Shown here: piece by piece, positions 1 to 14,690 of the stretch | Position numbering within the stretch: the first letter of the stretch is position 1 | Layout of the letters: the number at the start of each line of letters is the position of its first letter | From: the human T2T-CHM13v2.0 reference genome, Homo sapiens | Direction: 5' to 3' (one strand) | DNA length: 64,000 nucleotides | NCBI RefSeq assembly: GCF_009914755.1 | Contig: NC_060931.1 | The notes under the pieces: model-generated | Told to the model about the DNA's origin: nothing | The model's input: only the letters and a program-made list of their open reading frames with translations | Database searches by the model: none | Position numbers and translations under genes: made by a program

Positions 1-1842
1 AAATTATAGCCACATTCAAGGTAGACTAAAAAGAATCCAAGCCAAAACAAATAACTACAAGCTCTGCAAGACTACTCTGCACTACAAGGTTTTTATTCTC
101 AATTTAATCAGAATTTTACAGATTGCACTCTGAAACTCACAGTCTTATTTTCCAATCACAGCTGCTGGTTACAAATATTTGCAAATTCTTTGATTAGAAA
201 TAATTCTCTGTTCATGGAGAAGCTTATAATTTAATCACTACCGAATTTGTAAAAGACCAATGAATTCGAGTTACAAGCAAGGATCCTTTCACTGAGATGC
301 TATAGGTTAATTTGTTCTATTCTCTAATTTTATATTTTCATTTGCATAGAGAATTAAGAAATATTTAAAGCTAAAACTTATAATATTAATCTTGATTAAG
401 TGTCATACAATTTTTTTCTTTGTAAATTTATAAAGAACATGTGTTGATGTAAATGTTTTCTCTGGAAATGCATTTCAACATAATCCTACATGAGTTACAG
501 GAGATTTAGACTGTCGTGTGAACCTGTAGTGCAATCATAGATTTCGGAGATAAACATGATTTCTTAGGTGGTTATTTTCACTATGACATATTTTATATAC
601 ATAAGTGGACAAATTCAAGTCACTTCCAGGAATCTATAAAGAATTATCCTGTGATATGTTTTAAAGTTTTAAACTAAGTTCATGATGTGTTTAATATTTG
701 GAATGGAGGATACAGGAGATTAATTATAGCACCAAAATCCAAATTCTTGAATGGATATCTTTAAGAACTCAGTGCTAACGCTTGTTATGATTTGCTAATC
801 CTTTAATAAACCTGTTTTTCATTTTTCAACAGAAAGAGCAATCAGCTTCCAATTACTTAAAAATACATTTTATGTATATTGAGGGTGTACTAGATAGTTT
901 GATTTTGTTTTTTCACTGCTTAGCACATCCTCTAAGGAAAATAAAAGCAGCTGAACTTCACGTCAATCAAACAAATTTTATATGCACATTATCTGTCTGA
1001 AGCATTTACTGCCCAGCTGGTAACCCTGTTATTTTGTCTGATTTGCCTGCTTTGCCCAATACGGTATATGATATTTTTCAAAAGCTATCTGGTCAGCCAA
1101 ACATGATGATGTTTAGAACATAAAAATATAAATTTTTGATCGAAGCAAAAATTAGTTATTCTTCTGTACTGGAAAAAATTATATACATACAGGCTAATCT
1201 TTTAATACATTCAGGACTCTTCAGTGTAACAGAGGTACTCATGAAATCATGGGACTGCCCAAAAGAAGATATCCTAAAAGTATGCCATTAACACAGTGCT
1301 TACTTCAAGTTGACCTCTTTGACCAGGTCAGACTTCAAAGAGATCTCTTGAAACAGGTACTATATCACACCCGCGTGACTCCTAAATACACATTTTTGTG
1401 TTCAATACCCAAATTAATTGAGAACAAATCCCAATTTGGGGGATATAGTAAGAAGAGCAAGGTAGACGAGAGAAAAACAGACATCAAGGAAAGAGAAAAA
1501 CAGCTGCCAGGAGTTTGGAGTTTTCTAGTTATTCTTCCTACCTTCCATCTCTGCCTCCTACTCTGTCCCCTGTCCACTTTATATACCTGGAGTTGAGGTC
1601 AGACAGAAACTGGGAAGTGTTTAGAACCATCCAGGTACATGAAAGCCAAGAAGATCTTGCTCTTTCATGTTTGATCATCTTTTAGGCAATCAGCCTGAGG
1701 CATCGCTTGTTAGAAAACCTAGCAAGTAGTAGGGGTGGCAGAAGGAGACATTTTTTGTAGTTTTTTGGGACATCCTTAGTTCTGGTGGGCTTGCACAGAA
1801 CCCAGATGAAGCTAAATCTGGCTGAAGAGATAGCCAAGAGAG

Positions 1843-2310
1843 TGTTATATGAGATTTAAGGATTGTTTTGATGGTAGGACACAATATACTGACTTTCAGA
1901 TAAATGAAAGTCAGAAGTCTTCGTTACTTAACAACGTTGAGCTAGAGAATGCTGCCACGTAGAGGATTGTACTCAGGGACACGGTAACAGTAAACTGGAA
2001 TTGTGGAAGGCAGCTAACTTATGGCAAATAAGTAGTAACCCTAGATTTCCCAGGATTCCTGTGGCTTGGCTAATTTGAATCATTTTGTGGCTCTGAGACA
2101 TAATAGGTGTCCCTTTTGTTTGGGATCTGGTCCCAGGGCCACTAGGGCAGGTGCATAGTGGCCTGGAATGCAAGAGCCTCATAACAGAAGTGTTTGGGGT
2201 GTGTATTTAATCAACTGCTCAAGATAGGAAACTGATAAGCTTGTAGCCAGGCCTTACAACTGGGTTAAGATGGCACTTCAAAAAACAAAATGAAACAAAA
2301 TATATTATAA
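1843..2310 (-). mobile_element. 3' LTR of an ancient ERVL-class provirus (LTR53/MER73/MER88-like; family tentative)
   Basis: Diverged direct repeat of 7387-7774, with shared words GGACACGGTAACAG, TTGGCTAATT, AACTGCTCAAGA and GGTTAAGA in the same order. Ends in ACA on the minus strand at 1843. Purine-rich PPT-like tract just upstream on the minus strand (~2311-2325). Confidence 0.65.
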
Positions 2311-2932
2311 TTAACTCCTTGATGGCTTGACATCAGTTTTGAGCTTGATTATTTGGGGTATTTGAGTGGCCCAAGTAGTAGAGGAAATTTTTACGGTGTA
2401 GGACTTAAGTTACCCTAAATAACGTAGAAAGAATTTTGTTATGAGAGTAGAAAGGAACGAAAAGTCTAAGGACTCCCTGTAGGCTGGCCCCATATCTAAG
2501 GTCCCATATATATGGCATTAGTCAAGAAAACAAATTTAAAATGCTTAGAGTCTCTAACAATATTTTGGTGAGGTTGTAAAGTGTGTTACAGCATTAGTTA
2601 TTTATGACAATAATATTTTGGTGTACTTATCGAGTCAATTGAAGGTGGCAGGTCCAACAGTTATATTACTGGATTATATGGACTCATAATTCTGTAAGGT
2701 ATTTAAAAGTGAGTAGTATTTGTTTCTGACCAAGTGGTAGTCATGGTTACAGACACACAGTTCGAGCTTGTGGTGGCACATCAGAAGGGGAAGTAGGAAA
2801 ACGCTCTGGGGATGGGAAGTCTAGTTAAATGGTACACCAGTATGAGGCAGTTACCTACTGAAGCAAGCAATAATCTCCATTAATTTTTAGAATGGCAATT
2901 ATAGTAGTAACCTCCACAAGATTCTCCTTTAG

Positions 2933-3737
2933 AGACCCCTTGTACACTGTTGGTGGGCGTGTTAGATAGGATAGCCATTTATGGAAAATGGATCAAGGTT
3001 CTTCAAAAAACTAAAAATATAACAACCATATGATCCAGCAATCCCACTTCTGGGTATATATCCAAAGGAATTGAAGTCAGTATATAGAAGAGGTATATGT
3101 TCTTTCACATTAATTGCAGCATTGTTCACAATAGCCAAGATGTGGAAGCAACCTTAATGTCCAGTGATGCATGAATGGATAAAGAAAATATGGTATATAT
3201 ACTCAATGGAATACTATTCATTCTTTAAAAAAAAAACAATAAAATTCTGTTATTTGAAACAACATGGATGAACCTGGGGAACATTAAGTTAAATAAACCA
3301 GGCACCGAAAGATAAATACTGCATGATCGCACTCATATGTGGAATTTTTAAAAGTCAAATTCACAGAAGTTGAGAGTACAATGGTGATTACCAGAGGCTC
3401 TCGGTTGGAGCTGGGGATGGGGAGGGGAGAATGGTGAGACGCACTTCCAGTGGCACTAAGTTTTAGTTAGATGGGAGGAATAAGTTTTTGAGATCTTTTA
3501 CACAACATAATGACCATAGTTAATATAAATGTGTATTTCAAAATTGCCAAGAGAGTAGATTTTAAATGTCTTACCGCAAAATAAATAAATAAATAAATAA
3601 GTAAGTAAAGTGCTGGGTATGTTAATCAGCTTGTGTTAACTATTCCACATTGTATACATATATTAAATGATCCCATTGTATCTCACAAATATATACAATT
3701 ATAGTTTCCCAATTAGAAATTACAATAATAATAATAA
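2933..3737 (+). mobile_element. L1MA-type 3' fragment (end of ORF2 plus 3' UTR)
   Basis: L1 words GATCCAGCAATCCCACTTCTGGGTATATATCCAAAGG and AACATGGATGAACCT; A-rich tail; TSD AAGATTCTCCTTTAG (2918-2932) / AAGGTTTTCCTTTAG (3738-3752). Confidence 0.9.
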
Positions 3738-4157
3738 AAGGTTTTCCTTTAGTAATGAGAGTGTAGTGATATAAGTCTTGCAGAAAGTAAGAAGTATACT
3801 GGCATCATGGGCCAAGCAAATAGCAAGCTCAGGAAATGTAATAGAATCCCTAATATCAAAGGAACAAAAGCAATAAGTATCCCATGTCTAATTTGCTAGT
3901 GCCCTAGGAGGGGCAGTCCATGGACATTGCTGGGGCAGTAGTCTCAGTGTCTGGAGTTAAGCCACATCCAATGCAGCAATGAAAGCATCTCCAACAGCAA
4001 AGTCTTGGGCTGAGGTGATGTCATCTGGGAAGTGGATACCCACTTGAGTTGATGTGGGTTATTTTTAGGTGGCTCTATGTTATTTTATGAGGCTGAGCTA
4101 GTCATGGAATTTGAAGGCAACACTGGGCATGAGAGATTAACTTGCAAATATTTTTAT

Positions 4158-4809
<652 letters not shown>

Positions 4810-5180
4810 TTATGGTCAGGGGATTTGGTGGGTACAAAGCAAATAAAGATGATGCCAGCATCAATGATACTGCCGTAATTGGACTAAAGCTTCAGAATAC
4901 TACTGGGACAATGAAAGCTCTAATTAAGGGTTGCCAAATCTAAAAGCTCCTAATAGTCCAAAGTTTTGCCCATGTAGATAATGAGAGGAATTTTGCTAGC
5001 AGATAGGTTTTAAATCATATGGCCTGATATGTTGTCAATAGAGTACCAGTTTATTTACCAATTAAAATATCTGTGGCTGAGAGTAGAGTTCCAGCATTAA
5101 TCTGTAGGCAAGCCCTCCAATTTCACCAATTACTAGGAGCTGTTTGCCTCAGCTGTTGGTTCAGTTGATGACAGACAAGC

Positions 5181-5662
5181 TATATTAGTCCATTTTCACA
5201 CTGCTATAAAAAAACTACCCAAGACTGGGTAATTTATAAAAGAAAAAGGTTCAATTTATTTACAGTTCCACATGGCTGAGGAGGCTTCAGGAAACTGACA
5301 ATCATGGCAGAAGGCGAAGGGAAGGCAAGGCACGTCTTCTCATGGTGGCAGGAGAGAGAGAATGAGCGAAGGGGAAGTGCCACTTTTAAAGCATCAGATC
5401 TTGTGAGAATTCATTCACTATCATGAGAGTGAAGGGAAGGCAAGGCATGTCTTCTCATGGTGGCAGGAGAGAGAGAGTGAGCGAAGGGGAAGTGCCACTT
5501 TTAAAGCATCAGATCTTGTGAGAACTCACTCACTATCATGAGAACAGCATCGGGGAAATTGCCTCCATGATTCAATCACATCCGACCAGGTCCCTCCCTT
5601 GACAGGTAGGAGTTACAATTAGACATGGGATTTGGGTGGGGACACAGAGCCAAACCGTATCA
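5181..5662 (-). mobile_element. THE1 (C/D-like) MaLR solo LTR with internal 115-bp tandem duplication
   Basis: TATTAGTCCATTTTCACACTGCTATAAA...GGGGACACAGAGCCAAACCGTATCA; TSD CAAGC/CCAGC. Confidence 0.9.
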
Positions 5663-6304
5663 CCAGCCATTGAGGTCTTTGGGGTCCCCAGCCTGTATTA
5701 GCCCAACTCAGCGAATGCAGGCCTCAAGATTTGCCACATTTGACTGAAAAATGGCCTACTTGGAGGGTTTGGGGCCTCTGGGTTGCAAACAAGTGAACGC
5801 ACCCAGACCAACAGTAACAAGACCAAGAGTCAACAGAATATTACGTAGATGCATTCAGCAGGTCTTTCTTGTCTGATGTTGATTTTCCTCCACCTTTTAT
5901 TATTGCCAAGTGAGGGTTTTCTGGTGTCTTCATTATGAGACATAGTGTTGATTTTATTATCTCCAAATGTAATTTTTAATTTACTAAGTGGAGTTTTATA
6001 TCTCCCTTTTTGGTAGTCCACACTAAGTAGGAATGGCCCTGGACAACTAATGTAGTTTCCTAGAGGAGATTGGAAGGAGAGTCTGGATTAGTTATCCACC
6101 CTCTTATAATGCAAATTTTGGGAAGGTTTTCTTGGATGGTAGGAATTCAGGCTCAAATGGGTCCTACACTAGATGAAAAAGTGCCCGGCCCATGGGGCAG
6201 TCTATGGTGAATGGGTAGCAGGGAAGTAAATGCCCAATTTGGCTTACCTTTATGGGATGGGGGTAAGTTAAAAATATCCATGAAGATATCAAAAAATATC
6301 CATT

Positions 6305-6670
6305 TGATATGCTTTGGCTCTGTGTCCCCACCCAAACCTAATCTCAAATAGTAATCCCCACGAGTCAGGGGAGGGACTTGGTGGGATGGGATTAGATCAT
6401 GGGGGCAGCTTCCCCTCTGCTGTTCTTGTGATAGTGAGGGAGTTCTTATGAAATCTGAAGATTTTAAGAACGGCAGTTTCCCTTGTGTGTGCTCTCTCTC
6501 TCCTGCCGCCTTGAAAAGGTACTTCCTTTTCCTTTGCCTTCTGCCATGACTGTAAATTTTCTAAGGCCTATTCAGCCACGCAGAACTATGAGTCAGTTAA
6601 ACCTCTTTTGTTTATAAATTACCCAGCCTCTGGTAGTAGCTTTATAGTACTGTGAAAACAGACAAATAAA
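6305..6670 (+). mobile_element. THE1 (C/D-like) MaLR solo LTR
   Basis: TGATATGCTTTGGCTCTGTGTCCCCACCCAAA...AAACCTCTTTTGTTTATAAATTACCCAG; TSD CCATT/ACATT. Confidence 0.9.
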
Positions 6671-7059
6671 ACATTTTTAAATGGCCTCATGTATTATGAG
6701 TCCTTATATACATGGAGGCAAGACATGTACATAGGAAAGGATGATGGGAAATTTTTTCAAATTTAGTATGAGGTATAAGTCAGCCAAGTGACCTTGAATT
6801 AAGAGAGGGTAAGAACTAGGGCAAAATAAAGATGCATTTAGGGGTACCTTGGTCATTTTGTAAAATAAATAGGGGCTCATGGAAGGGCTTCTTAGGTTCT
6901 AAATTACACCAGCTGTCTGGAACCTATTGGAGAGGTAAAAGTTCCATTGAATGAGCCCAACACTGGATTCTAAGAGGTGAAGTGTGTTCATTGATCACGA
7001 TAAGTAGTGTGTAGAACTCGAAAAGGGATAAGGAGTGTCTGGGAAGCCTTTTAGTATGG

Positions 7060-7386
7060 CCTTAATATATGTAGAAATGTCTATGACCTTGATTTATAGT
7101 TTGGGTATCCATGAGGCAAACTATTTCCAGAATTCTTTATCCTGAAGGAGACAACTTTTCAGCAATGGCCCAAGAGTTTGTAAAAATGTGCAGATGGAGC
7201 CATTTGTTGTTCAGGGCATCCAGTGTTAAGAAGACTGCCTGAAGTTTGGCAATTGTGCTGAACCTTTGGGTCCTACCCTTTATCAGGAGCATCCCAGTTG
7301 GCGGATAGAAACCAGCCACATTCCACTGAGTTCCATCACTTATGATGGTGACAGTGTCATCCATGTATAGTCTATGAACTCCCACT
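7060..7386 (-). pseudogene. Retroviral pol RNase H domain remnant
   Basis: ORF 7137..7421 reads LYMDD...AKLQAVFLTLD...LHIFTNSWAIA, resembling YTDGS / AELxAVxxAL / IYTDSWAVA. After a frameshift it continues KEFWK*...IKVIDISTY, resembling KELW...VKVxHVxAH. Confidence 0.75.
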
Positions 7387-7774
7387 GTTACTTTCAGCTC
7401 CAAACCAGGGAAGGCCACCACACAAGGTTTGCACCTGAGGACACGGTAACAGAAAACTGGAGCTGTAGGTGACAGTTTATGTGTAGCAAATGGGGTGAGG
7501 TTAGCTAGGTTTCCAGGCTCCTTGTGGATTGGCTAATTGGAATTATTTTATGGACTCTGGAGCATAAGGGCTCTCCCTAGTTGTCTGGTATTATTAGCTC
7601 AGGTACTTAGTGGCCCACAGTGTGACAGCCCAACAAGAGAACTAGTTGGGATGTATACTTAACTGCTCAAGAAAGGGAACCGACTGGCCTACAGTCAGGG
7701 CCCCAAGACTAGGTTAAGACAGTGTTCCAAAAGAAAAATAAACAAAAAATATAGATATATTAAAGGGGGCTACA
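7387..7774 (-). mobile_element. 5' LTR (3'-truncated) of the same ERVL-class provirus
   Basis: Homologous to ~1925-2310; starts TGTA on the minus strand at 7774; similarity stops at AAGTAAC, where pol-like sequence begins. Confidence 0.65.
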
Positions 7775-9146
7775 AAAGAGGAGCTGGAATGGCCTTAGCT
7801 GCAGGAGTAGACATCCTAGGACAGACAAATGGAAATCGTGGTCAGACCCCAGGCAGGTATTCAGCACTGGAGTGACTAGTTCACTGTTGATGCTTTTTGG
7901 CTGAGTTCATCCTCAAATGCCAACAGAGCAGGCAGCACCTGGACTAAAATTGTCCCAATCATGGAGGTGAGAAGAGTCAGACAACACTGCAGAGATGAGA
8001 ACTGCTACCCAATGTGCCAGAAGATCATATACATTCTACCTTCCTCCTCTCCAGCCCCCAACTGAGACCCAGATTGAGAGGGATATAAGAGAAGGATGAA
8101 GAACTCTCGAAAAATATAATTTTATATTAAAAAGCCAAGGAAAGACAAAATTACATAAGACACCTTTTAAATTATTGGATTGAATTGAATTTACAGGTTA
8201 GGACTAAATGATGTATTTTTTTTCTACACTCTGTATTGGTGAATTTTGGCCAACCCAAACAAAATAGATAGACAGGCTGATTTGAGTTTGCAGACAGCTG
8301 GGTCACATTCAATCTCTGGCTCAATTTATATTCATGAAGTTGATTGTTTTCCAATTGCTTTTAGTCAGTCTCCAGTACTTTCTAGACCCAAAAGATACAT
8401 GTACACCCACCTGATGCTTCTTCATGGTTGCTAGGTAGACATAGTTCCTTTAACCTAAATTCTCTGGGACTCACATAGTATAGATGGAGAACTTGTAAAT
8501 ATTGCCTGCAACACTTTGCTAACTACTGTACCTGTTTTGCCTTATCAGCCTTTCCCTCTCCAGTGGATGATATGTCTCATGCTATTGGAAATACCATCCC
8601 TTGATGCCATAACTCCCTAGAGTTACAACTACGTTCCTCTGCTCATTCTTAGAGCTGAATTCCATTGAGATTATGTCAATATTTATATCTATGTCTTCAG
8701 CTTCTATTATAAACTTATTTTTAAATATATCATCTTATAAATATATGTGCAGAAAGTATGTATAAAGTATGTTTATAGCTTGCAGAATAAAATAGGAGAA
8801 ATGCTAATATACTCACTGTCTAGCCTAAAAACTCAAATATTAGTAGTTGAAGCCTCCTCATACAGTTCTCTCAAATTCATTCTTTTTCCTCTCTCAATTA
8901 TATTTTTAAACATTCTCTTTTTAACGTTTTCACTTTAGTGCCTACGCATCTACATATTCACTATATTGTTTAGTTGCTTTGTTTTTATTTTCTATAAATT
9001 AAATTATGCATATGCTTCTATGACTTGGTTTTGTTATCCAACATTATCCTTTTTGGAAATTCATCCATGCCAGTATGTTTAGTTCATGCCAGTATCTTTA
9101 GTTGATTTTTTTTTTTTTAATTTGTTCTTACTAGAATAAGACTGCT

Positions 9147-9649
9147 ATAGTAATTAGGATTAAGTTATGCTGAAAGTGACAGAAAACTGTCTGACAGAAA
9201 AGTGACAGAAAATAAATTTGCCTAAACAAAATAGAAATTTATGTCTCCTCCATATAAAAACCAAATAGGCAGTTCAGGGCCTATATTGTGCTCCACGTTA
9301 TCAAGAACCCAGGCTTCCTTTATCATATTGTTTCATCATGTCGGGCCTCCAATCCCAATTTCAGCTTCATATTCACAATTGCACACGCAGTTTCAGCCAT
9401 CATGTTGGCAGCCCAGCCATCAGGAAGAAAAAAAGGAAAGAGACAGCACACGTCATCCTTTAAAGAACACTAACCAGAAGTTACACACACTACTTCTGCT
9501 CAAATCCCACTGCATAAAACTAAGCCTCTCACCATGCCTACCTGTAGTCTTTATTCTGGTTGACTGTGGGCACAGCCAATAATCTGAGGTTTTAGTATTT
9601 TAAAAAGAGATGAGAACAGATCATGGGAAACAGCTAAAAATCTCTGCTA
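9147..9649 (-). mobile_element. MLT1 (J/K-like) MaLR LTR
   Basis: AAACAAAATAGAAATTTAT...GAACCCAGGCTTCCTT...ACTTCTGCTCAAATCCCA...TCTCTGCTA pattern. Confidence 0.6.
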
Positions 9650-9759
9650 ACCCTGCTGTGGATATTCTTATACAGGAATTATGGTGAATACATGCAAGGA
9701 TTTCTCTGAGAGAGGAATGGCTAGGTCAAAGCATATGCACATATTTAAGACTATGGATA

Positions 9760-10036
<277 letters not shown>

Positions 10037-10518
10037 GATGACGGGTAAAGCAAATTTTCTCTACAGTGATTACTTAGTTTATACTTACACTTGAAATGCT
10101 CTTTATCTTCCCTGATACGTGGTAATTTGTTTTCTTTCTTCTTTTTTTTGGCAACCTGTTGTGAAATGTTATCAAATTGTAGTTTTAATGGCATCTCCTA
10201 ATGATTAATGAAGTTGAATATCTTTTTTGTGATTTATGGGTAATTAATGTTTCCTCTTCTAGGTAAATATTTGCTCACATCTTTTGCCCATTTTTCTATT
10301 TGTTTGTCTTGTTAAAATTCTTATATTGGAATTATTTATATATTCTCTGTACTAATCCTTTATTGGTTACCTGTGTTACAAATATCTTCTTTTACTTAAG
10401 GGCTTTGCTTCTCACCCTTGTCTTGTAATTAAATGTTTGTAATGTCAAATTTTCTAGCTAAAATATCCTTTTTATCAACAGAGTCATAAGGTTATATTTT
10501 TAATACTTTAAAATTCTG

Positions 10519-10813
<295 letters not shown>

Positions 10814-10954
10814 CTATTGCATCTGAAATTACTTTTATGGCACAATAAAAATTAAGAATACTTTCTCAACATTTTTTTCTTTATGGAAAGCCACTGTCCC
10901 ACACCATATATTGTACATATCCCTACAGATCAACAATTAGAGCTTTGTTATATT

Positions 10955-11025
10955 TGTGGGTGTGGGTGTAGGTGTGTGTGGTGTGTGGTGTGTGTGTGTT
11001 TGTGTGTGTATGTATGTGTGTGTAT
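10955..11025. repeat. Imperfect (TG)n microsatellite
   Basis: Visible TG/TGG runs. Confidence 0.85.
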
Positions 11026-11261
11026 GAGAATGAAAGCGAGAGTTTGCTCTGGGTTCCTTGTTTGGTTTCAATGCTCTATTTATCTATCTGCGTCAATACC
11101 ACATTATCTGAAGACTTCTGTTTGATCCTGATATGGCGTAAAGCAAATTAGCTCTATATGGTTCTTCTTCAGAAGTGTCACTTTTTAATTTTTGGTCCTT
11201 TGCTCTTGAATATAAATTTTATAATCAGCATAACGAGTTCCACAAAAAATTTTATTGAAAT

Positions 11262-11823
11262 TGCATCGAGGCCAATTATCTATTGCTTCATAGAAAATTA
11301 TTCTAAAACTTAGATGTTTAAAATAAGCACTAATTGTATTTTAAGCTCACAATTACGTGGGCCAGGCATTCAAGCAGGACTGAATTAGATGATACATCTG
11401 CTCCATGTGGCTTTGACATGCCACCTGTGGTATTCTGCTGTGGATGGACTGGCAGAGCATCCAAGATGGCTTCACTCATGTCAGGCATCTTGGTGGAGAT
11501 GTCTGAAAGGCTGAATTTAGCCATTACTAAAGTGCCTGTATGGGGCTTCTTCAGCATATGTGTCCCAAGATAGTTGAATTTCTTACATGGCAGATTAGGG
11601 TGTATGTCAGACTAGGATACTCACAGGGAATATTTCAAGAGAGTAGCAGTGGAAGCTGTAAGTTTCTTAAGACCTGATCCCAGAAGGATCAGTGTTGCTT
11701 CCACCATACCTGATCAGACAAGGCAGCCATAAAGCTGACCCAGATTTAAAGTGAGGGGACATAGTCTTCACCTATCTGTGGAAGGAAAGTCAGAGAATGC
11801 ATGGCTATCTTTAATCTGCCACA
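11262..11823 (-). mobile_element. MLT1H-like MaLR LTR
   Basis: TCCAAGATGGCTTCACTCATG, TTCTTACATGGCAG, and terminal CTTTAATCTGCCACA. Confidence 0.7.
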
Positions 11824-12789
11824 AATCTAAAGATTGAGAATAGACATCCTTGTAACATTGAGTCATCCTATTTAAGAACATATTTCTGCATTCACTAGGT
11901 CTTATATAATGTCATTTAAAATAAAGTTAAAAATCATTAATAAGGACCTTTGGCTTTTTCATTTGCTTTATAGATTTGATATCTTATTAGCTCCTCTACA
12001 CATAAATGCTCATGTTCTCATCAAAATTAGGGAAACCAGACCAAACCATGAATTTATTCAAATAAGAAACACATTTCCTGATTTCCAAAAAATACTAACT
12101 AAAGTTTAATAATTTTTCAAGTTTTATTCCAAATGTTCAATACTAATGAAACAATTTTTAATATACTAAAAATAATAACATTGGTTCATAACAAGAAGCA
12201 TATATGTGTTTCCCTGATGTGTGTGAAGACTAGAACTAGTGATGATAGTAGCCAATGCACGTGTATTTGAGAGACTGGCATGTGACGTATAATCTTTTCC
12301 ACACTGTGTGCATGGGTTTGCAGCTGCAGCTGTTATTTGCAGAGCCTGGCACTATTTATGCCTCTGCTTCGTGTTCTCTTCAGAGCCCTTGTTCTCAAAC
12401 AGTCACCCACCACTGATTGCCAAATACCAGGTTGAGCTGTCTGCCACTGCTGTTTTTCCTAGCCACTCACATCTTTGCCTTGTCTTTGAAGGCATACTTC
12501 AGTGTGCCTTGGAAAAAGTTTTGTCCCTAACCTCGTTTCTGTAGTGACTCTTCAACTCATCATGCAGTGTTTGCCAGATCTTCTTGCTATCATCTGTTCC
12601 CTACATTTGTCCAGCCCACTCCAATGAAGTAACAGCATTTTATTTAATATTATATATGGAATAACTATGTCATCCCTTCAGATAGTACGTTATACTGTAC
12701 AAAGTGTTTTCAAATATATTATTATTTTAGTTGGATTCTTACAAATTTGTAATGTTACTGGGGAGTGGTAAGTTTATTTGTTGTTAACT

Positions 12790-12990
12790 TTTATTGCATC
12801 ATAGCCAGATGCTGTGGCAGGTAATTTCTATGTAATATAATATTATATTACATTTAATTTTCCCCATACATTATCCCCCAGTTAACTGATAAATAGCAAA
12901 GATGATAATGAGACTTATCTAAGTTCACACAAGAAGCTGAGACCTAGACATTCTGCCTCCTATTTCAGGGCTTTCCTACTACTCCATACC
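12790..12990 (-). mobile_element. MIR fragment
   Basis: TTATCCCCCAGTTAACTGAT...GACTTATCTAAGTTCACACAAG resembles the antisense MIR core. Confidence 0.5.
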
Positions 12991-13020
12991 ATCTTCTATG
13001 TCCTGTGGGTGATTTGCTTA

Positions 13021-13337
<317 letters not shown>

Positions 13338-13623
13338 TTATATCACTGAGTTGTATAGCAATTTGCATGCCTTTTCTGCAGTACTTATCACACCACATAA
13401 TTGTTATTTTGGGGTAAACCCAGACCCTTATTTGAGTTTAGGAGTATATCATAATTAATATCTTTTATCTGCAGCACTTAGAATGTGCACAATAAATATT
13501 TGATGAGTAAATCAAAGGATGAATATGACACTTAGAACAACACAACAACAATGTGTATACTTATTTAGAAATGGCATTTAAAGCCACATTGACATTCTAA
13601 TTAAAAAAAAATACGTTGTTCTC

Positions 13624-14310
13624 TGTATTAGTGTAAGTCAAATCAGGAGAGAGAAACCACACAGGAATTTCCATAAGGAAAGTTTAATAAAAATAATTAT
13701 TGACTAGTGCAGAGGATCGAAATATTGAGAGATTGCCTAGTAAGAAGTAAGGAGAACTCTAAGGAACATAATGAGTGCAGATATAAGAAGACATTTTCCT
13801 TAGGAAGAGGCATCTCCCACTCTGCTCCAGGGTTGAAATTAAGACCTTGCTGTGGAGGGCACAGCTGTAGCTCACTGGTGGACAAACCAGTTGTTACAGT
13901 GTCCTGCCCACAGAACTTGCTGGAAATCAGCCCTCTCGGATACTGGGAAGTGTTCACAGGAAGGTATTTCACCAGAGGCACTGGGCAACGAAGCCTTCTG
14001 AAGATGACCAGGGAAACTTCTGGATGCTGGCATTGCTGGCTGCTATGCACTTCAGGAGCCGGGCTCTGGGGAAGCTGTGGGAGCCAAGGCTGGAGAATCT
14101 CCCTACCTTAAAAGAGCTTGGTGTTGGAGAAGCCTTGCTACTGAACACACCAGAGCCAAAAAGAAAACTTTTTTTTTCCCATTAGTGATAAAGCTTAATT
14201 CATATTGTGCCAGCTGGTAATAGAAAAATATTTAAAGGGCCCAAATTTATTTTCACAGAGTAGGCAAAAAGGATACATTTGGAGCTGAGAGGCAATAAAT
14301 TGATCATTTA
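13624..14310 (-). mobile_element. Ancient LTR (LTR78/LTR79-like, tentative)
   Basis: Starts TGTATTAGTGTAAGTCAAATCAGGAGAGAGAAACCAC; ends TTTGGAGCTGAGAGGCAATAAATTGAT. Confidence 0.5.
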
Positions 14311-14690
14311 TTCCTGATATCATTTTCAAGTCTCATCACATATTGTTGCTTTAATGGAAGACTGGATGGTTTTCTGTTCTTATAGAAAAAAGAAGAATGA
14401 ATGATGGGAAAGTCTTCCACTCTATTATCCTAGTCCTAATATAGCTTATTTCATAAAGTGGTAAAAAGAGAAGCTTATGTGATTCAAACTCAAGGAAACA
14501 CATTTCTTCTTGACTTACTATCTACAATATTTTTGACCCTGTATCAATTAACCTCACTGAATCATAAATAATTTATGTAATGGCTAAAAATGTCCTCATA
14601 GTGTGTTGGGAGATTTAAATGAAATAATCTTTATAATGCTCATGGCTAATTCCTGGCACACGTAATATTCTCTTTTCTAAGTGGTTTATA

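Noticed and set aside
1249-1596. 115-aa ORF as a real gene
   Set aside because: No recognisable domain, no exon context, and it overlaps probable old LTR-like sequence; this length is expected by chance.
9066-9210. Micro-duplications (19-bp unit at ~9066, TGACAGAAAA x3; also 10-bp at ~53835 and 13-bp at ~63448)
   Set aside because: Ordinary slippage-scale duplications with no further structure.
13707-14111. Overlapping 134-aa and 117-aa ORFs
   Set aside because: They lie within a higher-GC LTR relic where stops are rarer; no domain similarity recognised.
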